DNA of 53,200 nt, counting the filler, from Catajapyx aquilonaris (Eukaryota), in NCBI GenBank assembly GCA_000934665.2. It is 2 parts of 2 records of this genome, joined end to end, with 100 filler letters (N's around TTAATTAATTAA, not from the genome) between each part and the next. Parts side by side here need not be neighbours in the genome. Positions count along the whole stretch, not along the records: positions 26,722 to 53,200 come from JYFJ02005198.1; 1 more part is not named here. One strand, 5' to 3'. The notes beneath the pieces are model-generated. The model was not told the origin of the DNA and did not search any database. It was given only the letters and a program-made list of their open reading frames with translations. The position numbers and the translations under genes are program-made. Of this stretch, positions 49,901-53,200 are shown piece by piece (position 1 is the first letter of the stretch; each line of letters opens with the position of its first letter).

Positions 49901-51319
49901 CTTTTTATTCTCGTATAAATAACATTGCAACCCTCGCACACTTTTTTTTGTGCGTAGATAAATGTTTGCTCCTTTTATGGCAACAAGCAACGTACCCTCC
50001 GTGTGATCACTTTAGTGGCAGCAAAAAAAAAGTCCGCATAGGAATGCATGCTGGACCACTTTTTTGCAAAGTGGGCTGGGTTCGGGTAAGGTTAGATCTG
50101 ACGTGAATTGAAGTCTGGTTTTTTTCACAGATCGCAAATATTTTTCTGCATTATTTGGCTTATAAATACGTCATACCAGACGGAACCAGTTCCAGGTAAA
50201 AAAAACATGCATTGCAAATTTTTCGTACGTAAATTGAGCAGGTGAACATACCCATTCCTTTGAGCAGTCGTCGCGGCGCCCCTCGTCGTTCGTCATCCTC
50301 ATCGACATACCCCGCCCTGGCCATGGACATGGTCGTCGTCGGGGACGTCGAGGAAGATGAATCTCCCTGGTGACTCAGGGCGCGACTCACTTTGGCCACA
50401 GGTTCTCTTCTGCTCAAGGTACGAGACAGTTCCTCCAGAGCCATTTCGGCCAACGGCGGTGCGGGCGTCACCACCGACGTCAAATCGTCAAGATCGTCAC
50501 CGTCAGTAGGTTCGTAACTAAAACTGGTCAGCACCAACACCGAATCGGTCGCGATCGAGTCGTCCGTCCCTCCGCTACCGCAACCAGCCCCTTCGTCCTC
50601 TTCTTCCTCCGGAGTCACCATTAATCCGGGCCGGAACTCTGGCCTCAGGAGTGGCTCCGGAGGTGGAGGAGGTGGCGGCGGTGGTGGTTGAAACAGTGGC
50701 GGAGATGGTTGGAACATTGGCGGTGGTGGCGGCGGAGGAGGAGGCGGAGGCGGCGGTGGTTGCACTGTTCGAGGCGAAGACACTGCAATGCTCTGGACGA
50801 ACCTAGAGTCCTTACTGAGCACAGTCACTCCGTAGTCCATCTCCGTGTGCCTCTGGTTTCGTTTCTGAGTAGGCCAAACCGGCCTGGGGACAGTCGTGGC
50901 CACTGATATGCTCCGGACAAATCCGGGGTGTCGGGCCACCACCGGGAGGTCCCGGAATCCTGGTCCGGTTGATGAAGAGGAACAACCGCTCTCTTCTCCG
51001 CTGCTCTCGGAGGCACCGTCCGTTGTGAAGGAGCTCTCGTAACCGGAGCTTCCGGATTTGCCGGGGGATTCGGGAGTTCCGGAAGAGCTGTGGTCGGTGG
51101 CCGCCACCACCACACCGACCACCTTCCCAGACGCGTCCGTCGTCCCGTCAGGTTCGTCGTCCTCGAAGATTGGGTTTACCCTGTGCAAGAAAATCAGTCA
51201 GCAGCAGTAAAGAATCCGGCAGAATTTTACATCACATTGGTTTGATATGCGTGAATATTAATAAACGGTATCACATTTTTATACACGTACCGGTACTTAT
51301 AGTAATGGTTCAACAGCAT
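43939..51319 (-). CDS. Uncharacterised Pro/Ser/Gly/acidic low-complexity protein with single C-terminal transmembrane helix, about 581 aa; exons 51319-51291, 51180-50252, 49100-48691, 48026-47847, 44136-43939
   Basis: GC-rich ORFs link through GT-AG introns with matching phases (2/1/0/0), total 1746 nt. Ends ...QRKRRRCIWRFLGATFLLCMLVLVMVVVSLVYTRGQRYFGAA*. The first 29-nt exon (MLLNHYYKYR) is tentative; a possible non-coding upstream exon ends at the donor AG|GTAAGA at 52081. Confidence 0.75.
44486..44870. repeat. Three diverged direct repeats (about 75-90 bp) in the last intron of the TM-protein gene
   Basis: Core GTGCTTTTGAATGCGGTCATCCnnAGGGTCAT...ATTGGCCAA recurs in copies starting near 44486, 44665 and 44779; the first two also share TACGCCACGGTGACATAAACA. 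Confidence 0.9.
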
Positions 51320-51984
51320 CTATTAGATCCATTTATAAGTACACGACCAGCTGCCTGAGTCAGTTTATTCATCTCAGCATGCAGAAGCAATAATGACAAC
51401 AACCGAGATGTAACCTCTGGCTAACTGTGCACGTTCTAACTGTACCAGAATTCAACTTCATTTGCCGCACTGAGTAGGTGTTGACAACACCAAAAAGTCG
51501 TGCGCCTTGGGTATATACACCCCCATCAGAAATGGGAATCGAGAGCTCACGAGGGGGGGGGGGGGGNGGGGGGGCACTTTATTGTTATTGCCGCTTGCTG
51601 TTGTGTGACCAATCGATTACGAGATGACAATCCTCCACGACCACCCGGTACCACCTACGGTGTTTCGTAAAAATCCTGTGTAACGTCCAGAACAAAAGAG
51701 TGCGGTGCACATTGACCTTTCATGCTGCGTACACAAGGTGATTTTGTCACAGGCCGATAGGCATGGTACTTAAATAACAATAAACGCAACGTCAGCAGAG
51801 ATGAACTTTTCACCCCGATAAAACTACACATCTACTTCGAGTGAATCTGATGACACATTGTCAACCCCCACTGATTTTCCTACGCCGGACCTAACCTTGG
51901 CACCTTCCAGCCTATAACTACCTCACTCGCCCAAGCAGATTAAGGGCGTTCCAAAAAAGCGTATCGCAATTTACTCCGCGAAAC

Positions 51985-52052
51985 GAGCAACGAGGCGTGA
52001 ACCCGGGACCTCTTTGACACTCACACCCGACGAGTGCCATTGCCTCCACACA
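51985..52052 (-). mobile_element. tRNA-derived SINE-like head
   Basis: Minus strand TGGAGGCAATGG (A-box-like) ... GAGGTCCCGGGTTCACGCC (B-box-like) at tRNA-like spacing; shares a 13-mer with 9321-9333. Confidence 0.4.
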
Positions 52053-53200
52053 AAAAAAAGGTGACTAACAAGTTTCTTACCTGTGTTATATGTCCACACA
52101 CTCTGGTGTCCAGTGTCCGACTGGTGTTGCACCAGTAGGGATCGAACTGGGTGTAAATTTAGAATAAAAGACGTTAGACACGTCCTCGGGATCGGAATTG
52201 AAGTTGCTTTCTACAGCGCCTGGCTGGCTCGAAAGAAGGCCGTCAGGCCCAGAACGGAACCAAACTCCGATAGGCCCCTCTCCAGAACATAAAAGGAGCA
52301 GACCACCAAAAATCTTTTTCCTTCATCTGCACACTTTCTGCCTGGCCAAGTCCGCGCATGTGAGTAATTACCGGCCGGTCTCTGATGGACGTCCAACCGA
52401 AACCGACTCTGATCATGTCGATTGCATAGCGTAGAAAACGAAGCAATTGGAAGTTGGGGAAGGTTCCTTCTTCCGAGACCTTCTTCTCATTCAAGAGGAA
52501 AGAGAGGGTGTTGAGCTGGCGGAAGATCAACACCCCCCAGGAGACCTGCGGTGTTTATGCGGAATTAGCAGTGCGGTTTTCCGAGAATGTCATTCAAGGT
52601 GGCGGGGCACAATAGGACTCGGAGGTGTGGGTTTTAATCCAGCGGGACCGGTTCCCAGAATCCCGCCAAGAACCCAGAAGTTCCCAAGATGGACTCGCAA
52701 AAAAAAGAGAAGAACATTGTCCACGGGTGCACAAAAAAAAAACGTTGGCATTTCCTCCACAATTCGGCGAACTGTGTAATTAAATGAGACAAAGGCGAAC
52801 CGAAATAATTTTTTTCGCGAGTTTTTATAACCGACGCCAATTGCTAAATTGCACAAGAGGGAGGAAAATGGGACGAGTCATCAAGTCTGATTATACCGGT
52901 GATATCCTTACACGTCAGGAAATAGATTCTTCAAGCGTGAGCTCATTGTGCACAACTCTTGATTAAATTCGGGGGAAAACCGCACGCAAACTGCTGTAAC
53001 ATCAGTCCTTGAAAAGCCCCCAAAATTGCTATTCTTAACTGAATTTGTAAAAATAACTATGACGCAAAATAGAGCATCGGTTACTTCGCGAATTTAAAAT
53101 TTTTTTGTACCGGACGTTATTAACTGGAAATTTCCTGCCATAAATAATAACGGCTGGGTATCGGTTCACGAATAGGCAGAAATAGACGGGCGTTGCGACA

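Overview
Eukaryotic, intron-containing genomic DNA, most likely from an arthropod (inferred from an exuperantia orthologue). The window is not one continuous locus: a 100-bp artificial spacer (44 N + TTAATTAATTAA + 44 N, 26622-26721) joins two contigs. The left contig carries the last seven coding exons of INO80 on the minus strand (17952-22094), preceded by about 17 kb of mostly unassignable sequence with several long inverted repeats and tRNA/SINE-like fragments. The right contig is gene-dense: exuperantia (+, 3 coding exons, about 510 aa), CIAO2A/FAM96A-type MIP18-family gene (+, 4 exons, 177 aa), a large WDR97-like WD40 gene (-, convergent with CIAO2A, stop codons 29 bp apart), and an uncharacterised 5-exon gene of about 581 aa encoding a proline-rich disordered protein with one C-terminal transmembrane helix (-). 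I found no CRISPR array, intact transposase/RT, rRNA or intact tRNA, and I cannot support a new multi-gene biological system. The best leads are the uncharacterised tail-anchored protein, a tandem-repeat-derived SQ cluster in the INO80 tail, the CIAO2A/WDR97 antisense overlap, a cryptic divergent exon upstream of CIAO2A and the long hairpins. Gene models were built by eye from GT-AG sites and frame continuity; family names come from recalled motifs, not database searches.
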